From Auanema rhodensis (taxonomy: Eukaryota > Animalia > Nematoda): DNA of 64,000 bases. The position numbers and the translations under genes were made by a program. Position 1 is the first letter of the stretch; every line of letters begins with the position of its first letter. Of the stretch, positions 10,135-24,453 are shown piece by piece. The notes under the pieces are model-generated. The model saw only the letters and a list, made by a program, of their open reading frames with translations, ran no database searches and was not told the DNA's origin. The stretch is taken from contig OZ059898.1 in NCBI GenBank assembly GCA_964057225.1, forward strand, positions 9,858,001 through 9,922,000, given 5' to 3'.

Positions 10135-11760
10135 GCTATCTCTACTATTAACTGATTATCGGCTAAAATAAGGTAACAGTTTTTATTGAAAGTTTCCATG
10201 ATTAAGATTAAACAAAGAAAAAAAATCAAAGAGAAACACTTCTTGTTTACTTATTTGATTATAATACTTGAAATTCCAAAAACAGTAGAATAAAATAGAG
10301 AAAGCGACGAAAAAAGTTGAACGATTTGAAGAGAACTGTAAGTTTTAGAAAAGAATTAAAGTTCAGCTATCTCTACTATTAACTGATTATCGGCTAAAAT
10401 AAGGTAACAGTTTTTATTGAAAGTTTCCATGATTAAGATTAAACAAAAAAAAAAATCAAAGAGAAACACTTCTTGTTTACTTACTTGATTATAATACTTG
10501 AAATTCCAAAAACAGTAAAATAAAATTGAAAAAGCGACAAAAACAGTTGAACGATTTGAAGACAATTGTAAGTTGAAGAATAAAATTAAAGTTTAGCTCT
10601 CTCTACTATTAACTGAAAGTCGGCTAAAATATGGTAACAGTTTTTATTAAAAGTTTCCATGATTAAGATTAAACAAAGAAAAAAAAATCAAAGAGAAACA
10701 CTTCTTGTTTACTAATTTGATTATAACACTTGAAATTCCAACAAAAGTAAAGTAAAACTGTTAAAGCGAGTAAAACTGTTGAACAATTTGAAGACAATTG
10801 TAAGTTTAAGAAAAGAATTAAAGTTTAGCTTTGTCTACTATTAACTGATTATCGGCTGAAATATGGTGACAGTTTTTTTTTAAAAGTTTCCATGATTAAG
10901 ATTAAACAAAGAAAAAAAATCAAAGAGAAACACTTCTTGTTTACTTATTTGATTATAATACTTGAAATTCCAAAAACAGTAGAATAAAATTGAGAAATCG
11001 ACAAAAACAGTTGAACGATTTGAAGAGTATTGTAAGTTTTAGAAAAGAATTAAAGTTCAGCTATCTCTACTATTAACTGACTATCGGCTAGAATAAGGTA
11101 ACAGTTTTTATTAAAAGTTTCCATGATTAAGATTAAACAAAGAAAAAAAATCAAAGAGAAACACTTCTTGTTTACTTATTTGATTAGAATACTTGAAATT
11201 CCAAAAACAGTAGAATAAAATAGAGAAAGAGACGAAAAAAGTTGAACGATTTGAAGAGAATTGTGAGTTTTAGAAAAGAATTAAAGTTTAGCTTTGTCTA
11301 CTATTAACTGATTATCAGCTGAAATATGGTGACAGTTTTTTTTAAAAGTTTCCATGATTAAGATTAATCAAAGAAAAAAAAATTAGAGAGAAACACTTCT
11401 TGTTTACTTACTTGATTATAATACTTGAAATTCCAAAAACAGTAACATAAAATTGAGAAAGCGACAAAAACAGTTGAACGATTTGAAGACAATTGTAAGT
11501 TTAAGAAAAGAATTAAAGTTTAGCTCTCTCTACTATTAACTGAATGTCGGCTAAAATATGATAACAGTTTTTATTAGAAGTTTCCATGATTAAGATTAAA
11601 CAAAGAAAAAAAATCAAAGAGAAACACTTCTTGTTTACTAATTTGATTATAACACTTGAAATTCCAACAAAAGTAAAAAAAAACTGTGAAAGCGGGTAAA
11701 ACTGTTGAACTAAAACAGTCTTTATAAAATATAAATGATATTTTTTTATAAAAGTGAAGT

Positions 11761-11831
11761 TGCATCGGCCGGGAATCGAACCCGGGTCGCCCGCGTGGCA
11801 GGCGAGCATTCTACCACTGAACCACCGATGC
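11761..11831 (-). tRNA. tRNA-Gly(GCC)
   Basis: GCATCGGTGGTTCAGTGGTAGAATGCTCGCCTGCCACGCGGGCGACCCGGGTTCGATTCCCGGCCGATGCA; cloverleaf, A and B boxes, TTTT a few nt downstream. Confidence 0.95.
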
Positions 11832-12624
11832 TTCGAAAATGTTAGATTGTTTCCGAAAAATTATGAAAAGTCAAGTTCTACTGATTTGAAGAGAATTGTT
11901 AGTTTTAGAAAATAATTAAAAATAAGTTCTCTCTACTATTAACTGATTGTCGGCTAAAATATGGTAACAGTTTTTATAAAAAGTTTCCATGATTAGGATT
12001 AAACAAAAAAAAGAATTAAAAAGAAACACTTCTTGTTTACTTACTTGATTATACTACTTGAAATTCGAAAAAAAGTAAAAAACAATTGAGAAAGCAACAT
12101 AAACAGTTGAACGATTTGAAGAGAATTGTAAGTTTAAGAAAAGATTTAAAGTTTAGCTTTGTCTACTATTAACTGATTATCGGCTGAAATATGGTGACAG
12201 TTTTTTATTAAAAGTTTCCATGATTAAGATTAAACAAAGAAAAAAAAATCAAAGAGAAACACTTCTTGTTTACTTATTTGATTATAACACTTGAAATTCC
12301 AACAAAAGTAAAGTAAAACTGTTAAAGCGAGTAAAACTGTTGAACGATTTGAAGACAATTGTAAGTTGAAGAAAAAAATTAAAGTTTAGCTCTCTCTACT
12401 ATTAACTGAATGTCGGCTGAAATAAGGTAACAGTTTTTATTAAAAGTTTCCATGATTTAGATTAAACAAAAAAAAAATCAAAGAGAAACACTTCTTGTTT
12501 ACTAAATTGATTATAACACTTGAAAATCCAACAAAAGTAAAATAAAACTGTGAAAGCGGGTAAAACTGTTGAACTAAAACAGTCTTTATAAAATATAAAT
12601 GATATATTTTTATAAAAGTGAAGT

Positions 12625-12695
12625 TGCATCGGCCGGGAATCGAACCCGGGTCGCCCGCGTGGCAGGCGAGCACTCTACCACTGAACCACCGATGC
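12625..12695 (-). tRNA. tRNA-Gly(GCC), D-stem variant
   Basis: Consensus except GAGTGC. Confidence 0.88.
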
Positions 12696-13488
12696 TTCGA
12701 AAATGTTAGATTGTTTCCGAAAAATTATGAAAAGTCAAGTTCTACTGATTTGAAGAGAATTGTAAGTTTTAGAAAAGAATTAAAGTTCAGCTATCTCTAC
12801 TATTAACTGATTATCGGCTAAAATAAGGTAACAGTTTTTATTGAAAGTTTCCATGATTAAGATTAAACAAAGAAAAAAAATCAAAGAGAAACACTTCTTG
12901 TTTACTTATTTGATTATAATACTTGAAATTCCAAAAACAGTAGAATAAAATAGAGAAAGCGACGAAAAAAGTTGAACGATTTGAAGAGAACTGTAAGTTT
13001 TAGAAAAGAATTAAAGTTCAGCTATCTCTACTATTAACTGATTATCGGCTAAAATAAGGTAACAGTTTTTATTGAAAGTTTCCATGATTAAGATTAAACA
13101 AAGAAAAAAATCAAAGAGAAACACTTCTTGTTTACTTACTTGATTATAATACTTGAAATTCCAAAAACAGTAAAATAAAATTGAAAAAGCGACAAAAACA
13201 GTTGAACGATTTGAAGAGAATTGTATGTTGAAGAATAAAATTAAAGTTTAGCTCTCTCTACTATTAACTGAAAGTCGGCTAAAATATGGTAACAGTTTTT
13301 ATTAAAAGTTTCCATGATTAAGATTAAACAAAGAAAAAAAATCAAAGAGAAACACTTCTTGTTTACTAATTTGATTATAACACTTGAAATTCCAACAAAA
13401 GTAAAATAAAACTGTGAAAGCGGGTAAAACTGTTGAACTAAAACAGTCTTTATAAAATATAAATGATATATTTTTATAAAAGTGAAGT

Positions 13489-13559
13489 TGCATCGGCCGG
13501 GAATCGAACCCGGGTCGCCCGCGTGGCAGGCGAGCATTCTACCACTGAACCACCGATGC
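13489..13559 (-). tRNA. tRNA-Gly(GCC)
   Basis: Consensus copy. Confidence 0.95.
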
Positions 13560-14583
13560 TTCGAAAATGTTAGATTGTTTCCGAAAAATTATGAAAAGTC
13601 AAGTTCTACTGATTTGAAGAGAATTGTAAGTTTTAGAAAATAATTAAAAATTAGTTCTCCCTACTATTAACTGATTGTCGGCTAAAATATGGTAACAGTT
13701 TTTATAAAAAGTTTCCATGATTAGGATTAAACAAAAAAAAGAATTAAAGAGAAACACTTTTTGTTTACTTATTTGATTATAATACTTGAAATTCCAAAAA
13801 CAGTAGAATAAAATTGAGAAATCGACAAAAACAGTTGAACGATTTGAAGAGAATTGTAAGTTTTAGAAAAGAATTAAAGTTCAGCTATCTCTACTATTAA
13901 CTGACTATCGGCTAGAATAAGGTAACAGTTTTTATTGAAAGTTTCCATGATTAAGATTGAACAAAAAAAAAATTAGAGAGAAACACTTCTTGTTTACTTA
14001 CTTGATTATAATACTTGAAATTCCAAAAACAGTAAAATAAAATTGAGAAAGCGACAAAAACAGTTGAACGATTTGAAGACAATTGTAAGTTTAAGAAAAG
14101 AATTAAAGTTTAGCTTTGTCTACTATTAACTGATTATCGGCTGAAATATGGTGACAGTTTTTTTTTAAAAGTTTCCATGATTAAGATTAAACGAAGAAAA
14201 AAAAATCAAAGAGAAACACTTCTTGTTTACTAATTTGATTATAACACTTGAAATTCCAACAAAAGTAAAGTAAAACTGTTGAAGCGAGTAAAACTGTTGA
14301 ACAATTTGAAGACAATTGTAAGTTGAAAAAAAAAATTAAAGTTTAGCTCTCTCTACTATTAACTGAATGTCGGCTAAAATATGATAACAGTTTTTATTAA
14401 AAGTTTCCATGATTAAGATTAAACAAAGAAAAAAAATCAAAGAGAAACACTTCTTGTTTACTAATTTGATTATAACACTTGAAATTCCAACAAAAGTAAA
14501 ATAAAATTGTGAAAGCGGGTAAAACTGTTGAACTAAAACAGTCTTTATAAAATATAAACGATATATTTTTATAAAAGTGAAGT

Positions 14584-14654
14584 TGCATCGGCCGGGAATC
14601 GAACCCGGGTCGCCCGCGTGGCAGGCGAGCATTCTACCACTGAACCACCGATGC
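14584..14654 (-). tRNA. tRNA-Gly(GCC)
   Basis: Consensus copy. Confidence 0.95.
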
Positions 14655-15446
14655 TTCGAAAATGTTAGATTGTTTCCGAAAAATTATGAAAAGTCAAGTT
14701 CTACTGATTTGAAGAGAATTGTAAGTTTTAGAAAAGAATTAAAGTTCAGATTTCTCTACTATTAACTGATTATCGGCTAAAATAAGGTAACAGTTTTTAT
14801 TGAAAGTTTCCATGATTAAGATTAAACAAAGAAAAAAAATCAAAGAGAAACACTTCTTGTTTACTTATTTGATTATAATACTTGAAATTCCAAAAACAGT
14901 AGAATAAAATAGAGAAAGCGACGAAAAAAGTTGAACGATTTGAAGAGAACTGTAAGTTTTAGAAAAGAATTAAAGTTCAGCTATCTCTACTATTAACTGA
15001 TTATCGGCTAAAATAAGGTAACAGTTTTTATTGAAAGTTTCCATGATTAAGATTGAACAAAAAAAAAATTAGAGAAAAACACTTCTTGTTTACTTACTTG
15101 ATTATAATACTTGAAATTCTAAAAACAGTAAAATAAAATTGAGAAAGCGACAAAAACAGTTGAACGATTTGAAGACAATTGTAAGTTGAAGAATAAAATC
15201 AAAGTTTAGCTCTCTCTACTATTAACTGAATGTCGGCTAAAATATGGTAACAGTTTTTATTAAAAGTTTCCATGATTAAGATTAAACAAAGAAAAAAAAT
15301 CAAAGAGAAACACTTCTTGTTTACTAATTTGACTATAACACTTGAAATTCCAACAAAAGTAAAATAAAACTGTGAAAGCGGGTAAAACTGTTGAACTAAA
15401 ACAGTCTTTATAAAATATAAATGATATATTTTTATAAAAGTGAAGT

Positions 15447-15517
15447 TGCATCGGCCGGGAATCGAACCCGGGTCGCCCGCGTGGCAGGCGAGCATTCTAC
15501 CACTGAACCACCGATGC
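15447..15517 (-). tRNA. tRNA-Gly(GCC)
   Basis: Consensus copy. Confidence 0.95.
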
Positions 15518-16542
15518 TTCGAAAATGTTAGATTGTTTCCGAAAAATTATGAAAAGTCAAGTTCTACTGATTTGAAGAGAATTGTAAGTTTTAGAAAATA
15601 ATTAAAAATTAGTTCTCTCTACTATTAACTGATTGTCGGCTAAAATATGGTAACAATTTTTTTTAAAAAGTTTCCATGATTAGGAACAAACAAAAAAAAG
15701 AATTAAAGAGAAACACTTTTTGTTTACTTATTTGATTATAATACTTGAAATTCCAAAAACAGTAGAATAAAATTGAGAAATCGACAAAAACAGTTGAACG
15801 ATTTGAAGAGAATTGTAAGTTTTAGAAAAGAATTAAAGTTCAGCTATCTCTACTATTAACTGACTATCGGCTAGAATAAGGTAACAGTTTTTATTGAAAG
15901 TTTCCATGATTAAGATTGAACAAAAAAAAAATTAGAGAGAAACACTTCTTGTTTACTTACTTGATTATAATACTTGAAATTCCAAAAACAGTAAAATAAA
16001 ATTGAGAAAGCGACAAAAACAGTTGAACGATTTGAAGACAATTGTAAGTTCAAGAAAAGAATTAAAGTTTAGCTTTGTCTACTATTAACTGATTATCGGC
16101 TGAAATATGGTGACAGTTTTTTTTTAAAAGTTTCCATGATTAAGATTAAACAAAGAAAAAAAAATCAAAGAGAAACACTTCTTGTTTACTAATTTGATTA
16201 TAACACTTGAAATTCCAACAAAAGTAAAGTAAAACTGTTAAAGCGAGTAAAACTGTTGAACAATTTGAAGACAATTGTAAGTTGAAAAAAAAAATTAAAG
16301 TTTAGCTCTCTCTACTATTAACTGAATGTCGGCTAAAATATGATAACAGTTTTTATTAAAAGTTTCCATGATTAAGATTAAACAAAGAAAAAAAATCAAA
16401 GAGAAACACTTCTTGTTTACTAATTTGATTATAACACTTGAAATTCCAACAAAAGTAAAATAAAACTGTGAAAGCGGGTAAAACTGTTGAACTAAAACAG
16501 TCTTTATAAAATATAAACGATATATTTTTATAAAAGTGAAGT

Positions 16543-16613
16543 TGCATCGGCCGGGAATCGAACCCGTGTCGCCCGCGTGGCAGGCGAGCATTCTACCACT
16601 GAACCACCGATGC
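16543..16613 (-). tRNA. tRNA-Gly(GCC), point variant
   Basis: GACACGGGTT instead of GACCCGGGTT. Confidence 0.85.
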
Positions 16614-17405
16614 TTCGAAAATGTTAGATTGTTTCCGAAAAATTATGAAAAGTCAAGTTCTACTGATTTGAAGAGAATTGTAAGTTTTAGAAAAGAATTA
16701 AAGTTCAGCTATCTCTACTATTAACTGATTATCGGCTAAAATAAGGTAACAGTTTTTATTGAAAGTTTCCATGATTAAGATTAAACAAAGAAAAAAAATC
16801 AAAGAGAAACACTTCTTGTTTACTTATTTGATTATAATACTTGAAATTCCAAAAACAGTAGAATAAAATAGAGAAAGCGACGAAAAAAGTTGAACAATTT
16901 GAAGAGAATTGTAAGTTTTAGAAAAGAATTAAAGTTCAGCTATCTCTACTATTAACTGATTATCGGCTAAAATAAGGTAACAGTTTTTATTGAAAGTTTC
17001 CATGATTAATATTAAACAAAGAAAAAAATCAAAGAGAAACACTTCTTGTTTACTTACTTGATTATAATACTTGAAATTCCAAAAACAGTAAAATAAAATT
17101 GAAAAAGCGACAAAAACAGTTGAACGATTTGAAGACAATTGTAAGTTGAAGAATAAAATTAAAGTTTAGCTCTCTCTACTATTAACTGAATGTCGGCTAA
17201 AATATGGTAACAGTTTTTATTAAAAGTTTCCATGATTAAGATTAAACAAAGGAAAAAATCAAAGAGAAACACTTCTTGTTTACTAATTTGATTATAACAC
17301 TTGAAATTTCAACAAAAGTAAAATAAAACTGTGAAAGCGGGTAAAACTGTTGAACTAAAACAGTCTTTATAAAATATAAATGATATATTTTTATAAAAGT
17401 GAAGT

Positions 17406-17476
17406 TGCATCGGCCGGGAATCGAACCCGGGTCGCCCGCGTGGCAGGCGAGCATTCCACCACTGAACCACCGATGC
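17406..17476 (-). tRNA. tRNA-Gly(GCC), D-loop variant
   Basis: GGTGGAATG instead of GGTAGAATG. Confidence 0.85.
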
Positions 17477-18110
17477 TTCGAAAATGTTAGATTGTTTCCG
17501 AAAAATTATGAAAAGTCAAGTTCTACTGATTTGAAGAGAATTGTAAGTTTTAGAAAATAATTAAAAATTAGTTCTCTCTACTATTAACTGATTGTCGGCT
17601 AAAATATGGTAACAGTTTTTATAAAAAGTTTCCATGATTAGGATTAAACAAAAAAAAGAATTAAAGAGAAACAATTTTTGTTTACTTATTTGATTATAAT
17701 ACTTGAAATTCCAAAAACAGTAGAATAAAATTGAGAAATCGACAAAAACAGTTGAACGATTTGAAGAGAATTGTAAGTTTTAGAAAAGAATTAAAGTTCA
17801 GCTATCTCTACTATTAACTGACTATCGGCTAGAATAAGGTAACAGTTTTTATTGAAAGAATTAAAGTTTAGCTTTGTCTACTATTAACTGATTATCGGCT
17901 GAAATATGGTGACAGTTTTTTTTTAAAAGTTTCAATGATTAAGATTAAACAAAGAAAGAAAAATCAAAGAGAAACACTTCTTGTTTACTAATTTGATTAT
18001 AACACTTGAAATTCCAACAAAAGTAAAGTAAAACTGTTAAAGCGAGTAAAACTGTTGAACTAAAACAGTCTTTATAAAATATAAATGATATATTTTTATA
18101 AAAGTGAAGT

Positions 18111-18181
18111 TGCATCGGCCTGGAATCGAACCCGGGTCGCCCGCGTGGCAGGCGAGCATTCTACCACTGAACCACCGATGC
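18111..18181 (-). tRNA. tRNA-Gly(GCC), T-stem variant
   Basis: GATTCCAGGCC instead of GATTCCCGGCC. Confidence 0.85.
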
Positions 18182-19205
18182 TTCGAAAATGTTAGATTGT
18201 TTCCGAAAAATTATGAAAAGTCAAGTTCTACTGATTTGAAGAGAATTGTTAGTTTTAGAAAATAATTAAAAATAAGTTCTCTCTACTATTAACTGATTGT
18301 CGGCTAAAATATGGTAACAGTTTTTATAAAAAGTTTCCATGATTAGGATTAAACAAAAAAAAGAATTAAAAAGAAACACTTCTTGTTTACTTACTTGATT
18401 ATACTACTTGAAATTCGAAAAAAAGTAAAAAACAATTGAGAAAGCGACATAAACAGTTGAACGATTTGAAGAGAATTGTAAGTTTTAGAAAAGAATTAAA
18501 GTTCAGCTATCTCTACTATTAACTGACTATCGGCTAGAATAAGGTAACAGTTTTTATTGAAAGTTTCCATGATTAAGATTGAACAAAAAAAAAATTAGAG
18601 AGAAACACTTCTTGTTTACTTACTTGATTATAATACTTGAAATTCCAAAAACAGTAAAATAAAATTGAGAAAGCGACAAAAACAGTTGAACGATTTGAAG
18701 ACAATTGTAAGTTTAAGAAAAGAATTAAAGTTTAGCTTTGTCTACTATTAACTGATTATCGGCTGAAATATGGTGACAGTTTTTTTTTAAAAGTTTCCAT
18801 GATTAAGATTAAACAAAGAAAAAAAAAATCAAAGAGAAACACTTCTTGTTTACTAATTTGATTATAACACTTGAAATTCCAACAAAAGTAAAGTAAAACT
18901 GTTAAAGCGAGTAAAACTGTTGAACAATTTGAAGACAATTGTAAGTTGAAAAAAAAATTAAAGTTTAGCTCTCTCTACTATTAACTGAATGTCGGCTAAA
19001 ATATGATAACAGTTTTTATTAAAAGTTTCCATGATTAAGATTAAACAAAGAAAAAAAATCAAAGAGAAACACTTCTTGTTTACTAATTTGATTATAACAC
19101 TTGAAATTCCAACAAAAGTAAAATAAAACTGTGAAAGCGGGTAAAACTGTTGAACTAAAACAGTCTTTATAAAATATAAATGATATTTTTTTATAAAAGT
19201 GAAGT

Positions 19206-19276
19206 TGCATCGGCCGGGAATCGAACCCGGGTCGCCCGCGTGGCAGGCGAGCATTCTACCACTGAACCACCGATGC
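19206..19276 (-). tRNA. tRNA-Gly(GCC)
   Basis: Consensus copy. Confidence 0.95.
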
Positions 19277-20071
19277 TTCGAAAATGTTAGATTGTTTCCG
19301 AAAAATTATGAAAAGTCAAGTTCTACTGATTTGAAGAGAATTGTTAGTTTTAGAAAATAATTAAAAATAAGTTCTCTCTACTATTAACTGATTGTCGGCT
19401 AAAATATGGTAACAGTTTTTATAAAAAGTTTCCATGATTAGGATTAAACAAAAAAAAGAATTAAAAAGAAACACTTCTTGTTTACTTACTTGATTATACT
19501 ACTTGAAATTCCAAAAACAGTAGAATAAAATTGAGAAAGCAACATAAACAGTTGAACGATTTGAAGAGAATTGTAAGTTTAAGAAAAGAATTAAAGTTTA
19601 GCTTTGTCTACTATTAACTGATTATCGGCTGAAATATGGTGACAGTTTTTTATTAAAAGTTTCCATGATTAAGATTAAACAAAGAAAAAAAAATCAAAGA
19701 GAAACACTTCTTGTTTACTTATTTGATTATAACACTTGAAATTCCAACAAAAGTAAAGTAAAACTGTTAAAGCGAGTAAAACTGTTGAACGATTTGAAGA
19801 CAATTGTAAGTTGAAGAAAAAAATTAAAGTTTAGCTCTCTCTACTATTAACTGAATGTCGGCTGAAATAAGGTAACAGTTTTTATTAAAAGTTTCCATGA
19901 TTTAGATTAAACAAAGAAAAAAAATCAAAGAGAAACACTTCTTGTTTACTAATTTGATTATAACACTTGAAAATCCAACAAAAGTAAAATAAAACTGTGA
20001 AAGCGGGTAAAACTGTTGAACTAAAACAGTCTTTATAAAATATAAATGATATATTTTTATAAAAGTGAAGT

Positions 20072-20142
20072 TGCATCGGCCGGGAATCGAACCCGGGTCG
20101 CCCGCGTGGCAGGCGAGCATTCTACCACTGAACCACCGATGC
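20072..20142 (-). tRNA. tRNA-Gly(GCC)
   Basis: Consensus copy. Confidence 0.95.
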
Positions 20143-20937
20143 TTCGAAAATGTTAGATTGTTTCCGAAAAATTATGAAAAGTCAAGTTCTACTGATTTGA
20201 AGAGAATTGTTAGTTTTAGAAAATAATTAAAAATAAGTTCTCTCTACTATTAACTGATTGTCGGCTAAAATATGGTAACAGTTTTTATAAAAAGTTTCCA
20301 TCATTAGGATTAAACAAAAAAAAGAATTAAAAAGAAACACTTCTTGTTTACTTACTTGATTATACTACTTGAAATTCCAAAAACAGTAGAATAAAATTGA
20401 GAAAGCAACATAAACAGTTGAACGATTTGAAGAGAATTGTAAGTTTAAGAAAAGAATTAAAGTTTAGCTTTGTCTACTATTAACTGATTATCGGCTGAAA
20501 TATGGTGACAGTTTTTTATTAAAAGTTTCCATGATTAAGATTAAACAAAGAAAAAAAAATCAAAGAGAAACACTTCTTGTTTACTTATTTGATTATAACA
20601 CTTGAAATTCCAACAAAAGTAAAGTAAAACTGTTAAAGCGAGTAAAACTGTTGAACGATTTGAAGACAATTGTAAGTTGAAGAAAAAAATTAAAGTTTAG
20701 CTCTCTCTACTATTAACTGAATGTCGGCTGAAATAAGGTAACAGTTTTTATTAAAAGTTTCCATGATTAAGATTAAACAAAGAAAAAAAATCAAAGAGAA
20801 ACACTTCTTGTTTACTAATTTGATTATAACACTTGAAATTCCAACAAAAGTAAAATAAAACTGTGAAAGCGGGTAAAACTGTTGAACTAAAACAGTCTTT
20901 ATAAAATATAAATGATATATTTTTATAAAAGTGAAGT

Positions 20938-21008
20938 TGCATCGGCCGGGAATCGAACCCGGGTCGCCCGCGTGGCAGGCGAGCATTCTACCACTGAACC
21001 ACCGATGC
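20938..21008 (-). tRNA. tRNA-Gly(GCC)
   Basis: Consensus copy. Confidence 0.95.
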
Positions 21009-21803
21009 TTCGAAAATGTTAGATTGTTTCCGAAAAATTATGAAAAGTCAAGTTCTACTGATTTGAAGAAAATTGTAAGTTTTAGAAAATAATAAAAAAT
21101 AAGTTCTCTCTACTATTAACTGATTATCGGCTAAAATATGGTAACAGTTTTTATGAAAAGTTTCCATGATTAGGATTAAACAAAAAAAAGAATTAAAAAG
21201 AAACACTTCTTGTTTACTTACTTGATTATACTACTTGAAATTCGAAAAAAAGTAAAAAACAATTGAGAAAGCGACATAAACAGTTGAACGATTTGAAGAG
21301 AATTGTAAGTTTAAGAAAAGATTTAAAGTTTAGCTTTGTCTACTATTAACTGATTATCGGCTGAAATATGGTGACAGTTTTTTATTAAAAGTTTCCATGA
21401 TTGAGATTAAACAAAGAAAAAAAAATCAAAGAGAAACACTTCTTGTTTACTTATTTGATTATAACACTTGAAATTCCAACAAAAGTAAAGTAAAACTGTT
21501 AAAGCGAGTAAAACTGTTGAACGATTTGAGGACAATTGTAAGTTGAAGAAAAAAATTAAAGTTTAGCTCTCTCTACTATTAACTGAATGTCGGCTAAAAT
21601 ATGATAACAGTTTTTATTAAAAGTTTCCATGATTAGGATTAAACAAAAAAAAAGAATCAAAAAGAAACACTTCTTGTTTTCTAATTTGATTATAACACTT
21701 GAAAATCCAACAAAAGTAAAATAAAACTGTGAAAGCGGGTAAAACTGTTGAACTAAAACAGTCTTTATAAAATATAAATGATATATTTTTATAAAAGTGA
21801 AGT

Positions 21804-21862
21804 TGCATCGGCCGGGAATCGAACCAAGGCAGGCGAGCATTCTACCACTGAACCACCGATGC
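21804..21862 (-). pseudogene. tRNA-Gly pseudogene (net 12-nt deletion of the 3' anticodon stem and variable loop)
   Basis: Plus strand reads GAACCAAGGCAGG instead of GAACCCGGGTCGCCCGCGTGGCAGG. Confidence 0.9.
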
Positions 21863-22656
21863 TTCGAAAATGTTAGATTGTTTCCGAAAAATTATGAAAA
21901 GTCAAGTTCTACTGATTTGAAGAGAATTGTAAGTTTTAGAAAATAATTAAAAATTAGTTCTCTCTACTATTAACTGATTGTCGGCTAAAATAAGGTAACA
22001 GTTTTTATTAAAAGTTTTCATGATTAGGATTAAAAAAAAAAGAATCAAAAAGAAACACTTCTTGTTTACTTATTTGATTATAATACTTGAAATTCCAAAA
22101 ACAGTAGAATAAAATTGAGAAATCGACAAAAAATGATCAGTTGAACGATTTGAAGAGAATTGTAAGTTTTAGAAAAGAATTAAAGTTCAGCTATCTCTAC
22201 TATTAACTGACTATCGGCTAGAATAAGGTAACAGTTTTTATTGAAAGTTTCCATGATTAAGATTGAACAAAAAAAAAATTAGAGAGAAACACTTCTTGTT
22301 TACTTACTTGATTATAATACTTGAAATTCCAAAAACAGTAAAATAAAATTGAGAAAGCGACAAAAACAGTTGAACGATTTGAAGACAATTGTAAGTTTAA
22401 GAAAAGAATTAAAGTTTAGCTTTGTCTACTATTAACTGATTATCGGCTAAAATATGATAACAGTTTTTATTAAAAGTTTCCATGATTAAGATTAAACAAA
22501 GAAAAAAAATCAAAGAGAAACACTTCTTGTTTACTAATTTGATTATAACACTTGAAATTCCAACAAAAGTAAAAAAAAACTGTGAAAGCGGGTAAAACTG
22601 TTGAACTAAAACAGTCTTTATAAAATATAAATGATATTTTTTTATAAAAGTGAAGT

Positions 22657-22727
22657 TGCATCGGCCGGGAATCGAACCCGGGTCGCCCGCGTGGCAGGCG
22701 AACATTCTACCACTGAACCACCGATGC
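22657..22727 (-). tRNA. tRNA-Gly(GCC), point variant
   Basis: AATGTTCGCC instead of AATGCTCGCC. Confidence 0.87.
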
Positions 22728-23519
22728 TTCGAAAATGTTAGATTGTTTCCGAAAAATTATGAAAAGTCAAGTTCTACTGATTTGAAGAGAATTGTTAGTT
22801 TTAGAAAATAATTAAAAATAAGTTCTCTCTACTATTAACTGATTGTCGGCTAAAATATGGTAACAGTTTTTATAAAAAGTTTCCATGATTAGGATTAAAC
22901 AAAAAAAAGAATTAAAAAGAAACACTTCTTGTTTACTTATTTGATTATAATACTTGAAATTCCAAAAACAGTAGAATAAAATAGAGAAAACGACGAAAAA
23001 AGTTGAACGATTTGAAGAGAATTGTAAGTTTTAGAAAAGAATTAAAGTTCAGCTATCTCTACTATTAACTGATTATCGGCTAAAATAAGGTAACAGTTTT
23101 TATTGAAAGTTTCCATGATTAAGATTAAACAAAGAAAAAAATCAAAGAGAAACACTTCTTGTTTACTTACTTGATTATAATACTTGAAATTCCAAAAACA
23201 GTAAAATAAAATTGAAAAAGCGACAAAAACAGTTGAACGATTTGAAGACAATTGTAAGTTTAAGAAAAGAATTAAAGTTTAGCTTTGTCTACTATTAACT
23301 GATTATCGGCTAAAATATGATAACAGTTTTTATTAAAAGTTTCCATGATTAAGATTAAACAAAGAAAAAAAATCAAAGAGAAACACTTCTTGTTTACTAA
23401 TTTGATTATAACACTTGAAATTCCAACAAAAGTAAAAAAAAACTGTGAAAGCGGGTAAAACTGTTGAACTAAAACAGTCTTTATAAAATATAAATGATAT
23501 TTTTTTATAAAAGTGAAGT

Positions 23520-23590
23520 TGCATCGGCCGGGAATCGAACCCGGGTCGCCCGCGTGGCAGGCGAACATTCTACCACTGAACCACCGATGC
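23520..23590 (-). tRNA. tRNA-Gly(GCC), point variant
   Basis: AATGTTCGCC variant. Confidence 0.87.
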
Positions 23591-24382
23591 TTCGAAAATG
23601 TTAGATTGTTTCCGAAAAATTATGAAAAGTCAAGTTCTACTGATTTGAAGAGAATTGTTAGTTTTAGAAAATAATTAAAAATAAGTTCTCTCTACTATTA
23701 ACTGATTGTCGGCTAAAATATGGTAACAGTTTTTATAAAAAGTTTCCATGATTAGGATTAAACAAAAAAAAGAATTAAAAAGAAACACTTCTTGTTTACT
23801 TATTTGATTATAATACTTGAAATTCCAAAAACAGTAGAATAAAATAGAGAAAACGACGAAAAAAGTTGAACGATTTGAAGAGAATTGTAAGTTTTAGAAA
23901 AGAATTAAAGTTCAGCTATCTCTACTATTAACTGATTATCGGCTAAAATAAGGTAACAGTTTTTATTGAAAGTTTCCATGATTAAGATTAAACAAAGAAA
24001 AAAATCAAAGAGAAACACTTCTTGTTTACTTACTTGATTATAATACTTGAAATTCCAAAAACAGTAAAATAAAATTGAGAAAGCGACAAAAACAGTTGAA
24101 CGATTTGAAGACAATTGTAAGTTTAAGAAAAGAATTAAAGTTTAGCTTTGTCTACTATTAACTGATTATCGGCTAAAATATGATAACAGTTTTTATTAAA
24201 AGTTTCCATGATTAAGATTAAACAAAGAAAAAAAATCAAAGAGAAACACTTCTTGTTTACTAATTTGATTATAACACTTGAAATTCCAACAAAAGTAAAA
24301 AAAAACTGTGAAAGCGGGTAAAACTGTTGAACTAAAACAGTCTTTATAAAATATAAATGATATTTTTTTATAAAAGTGAAGT

Positions 24383-24453
24383 TGCATCGGCCGGGAATCG
24401 AACCCGGGTCGCCCGCGTGGCAGGCGAACATTCTACCACTGAACCACCGATGA
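24383..24453 (-). tRNA. tRNA-Gly(GCC), two variants including G1>T
   Basis: AATGTTCGCC variant and changed first base. Confidence 0.75.

Noticed and set aside
9657-10229. 190-aa ORF across the LTR/array junction
   Set aside because: It spans array monomer, LTR and PBS, and is not conserved in the LTR of B.
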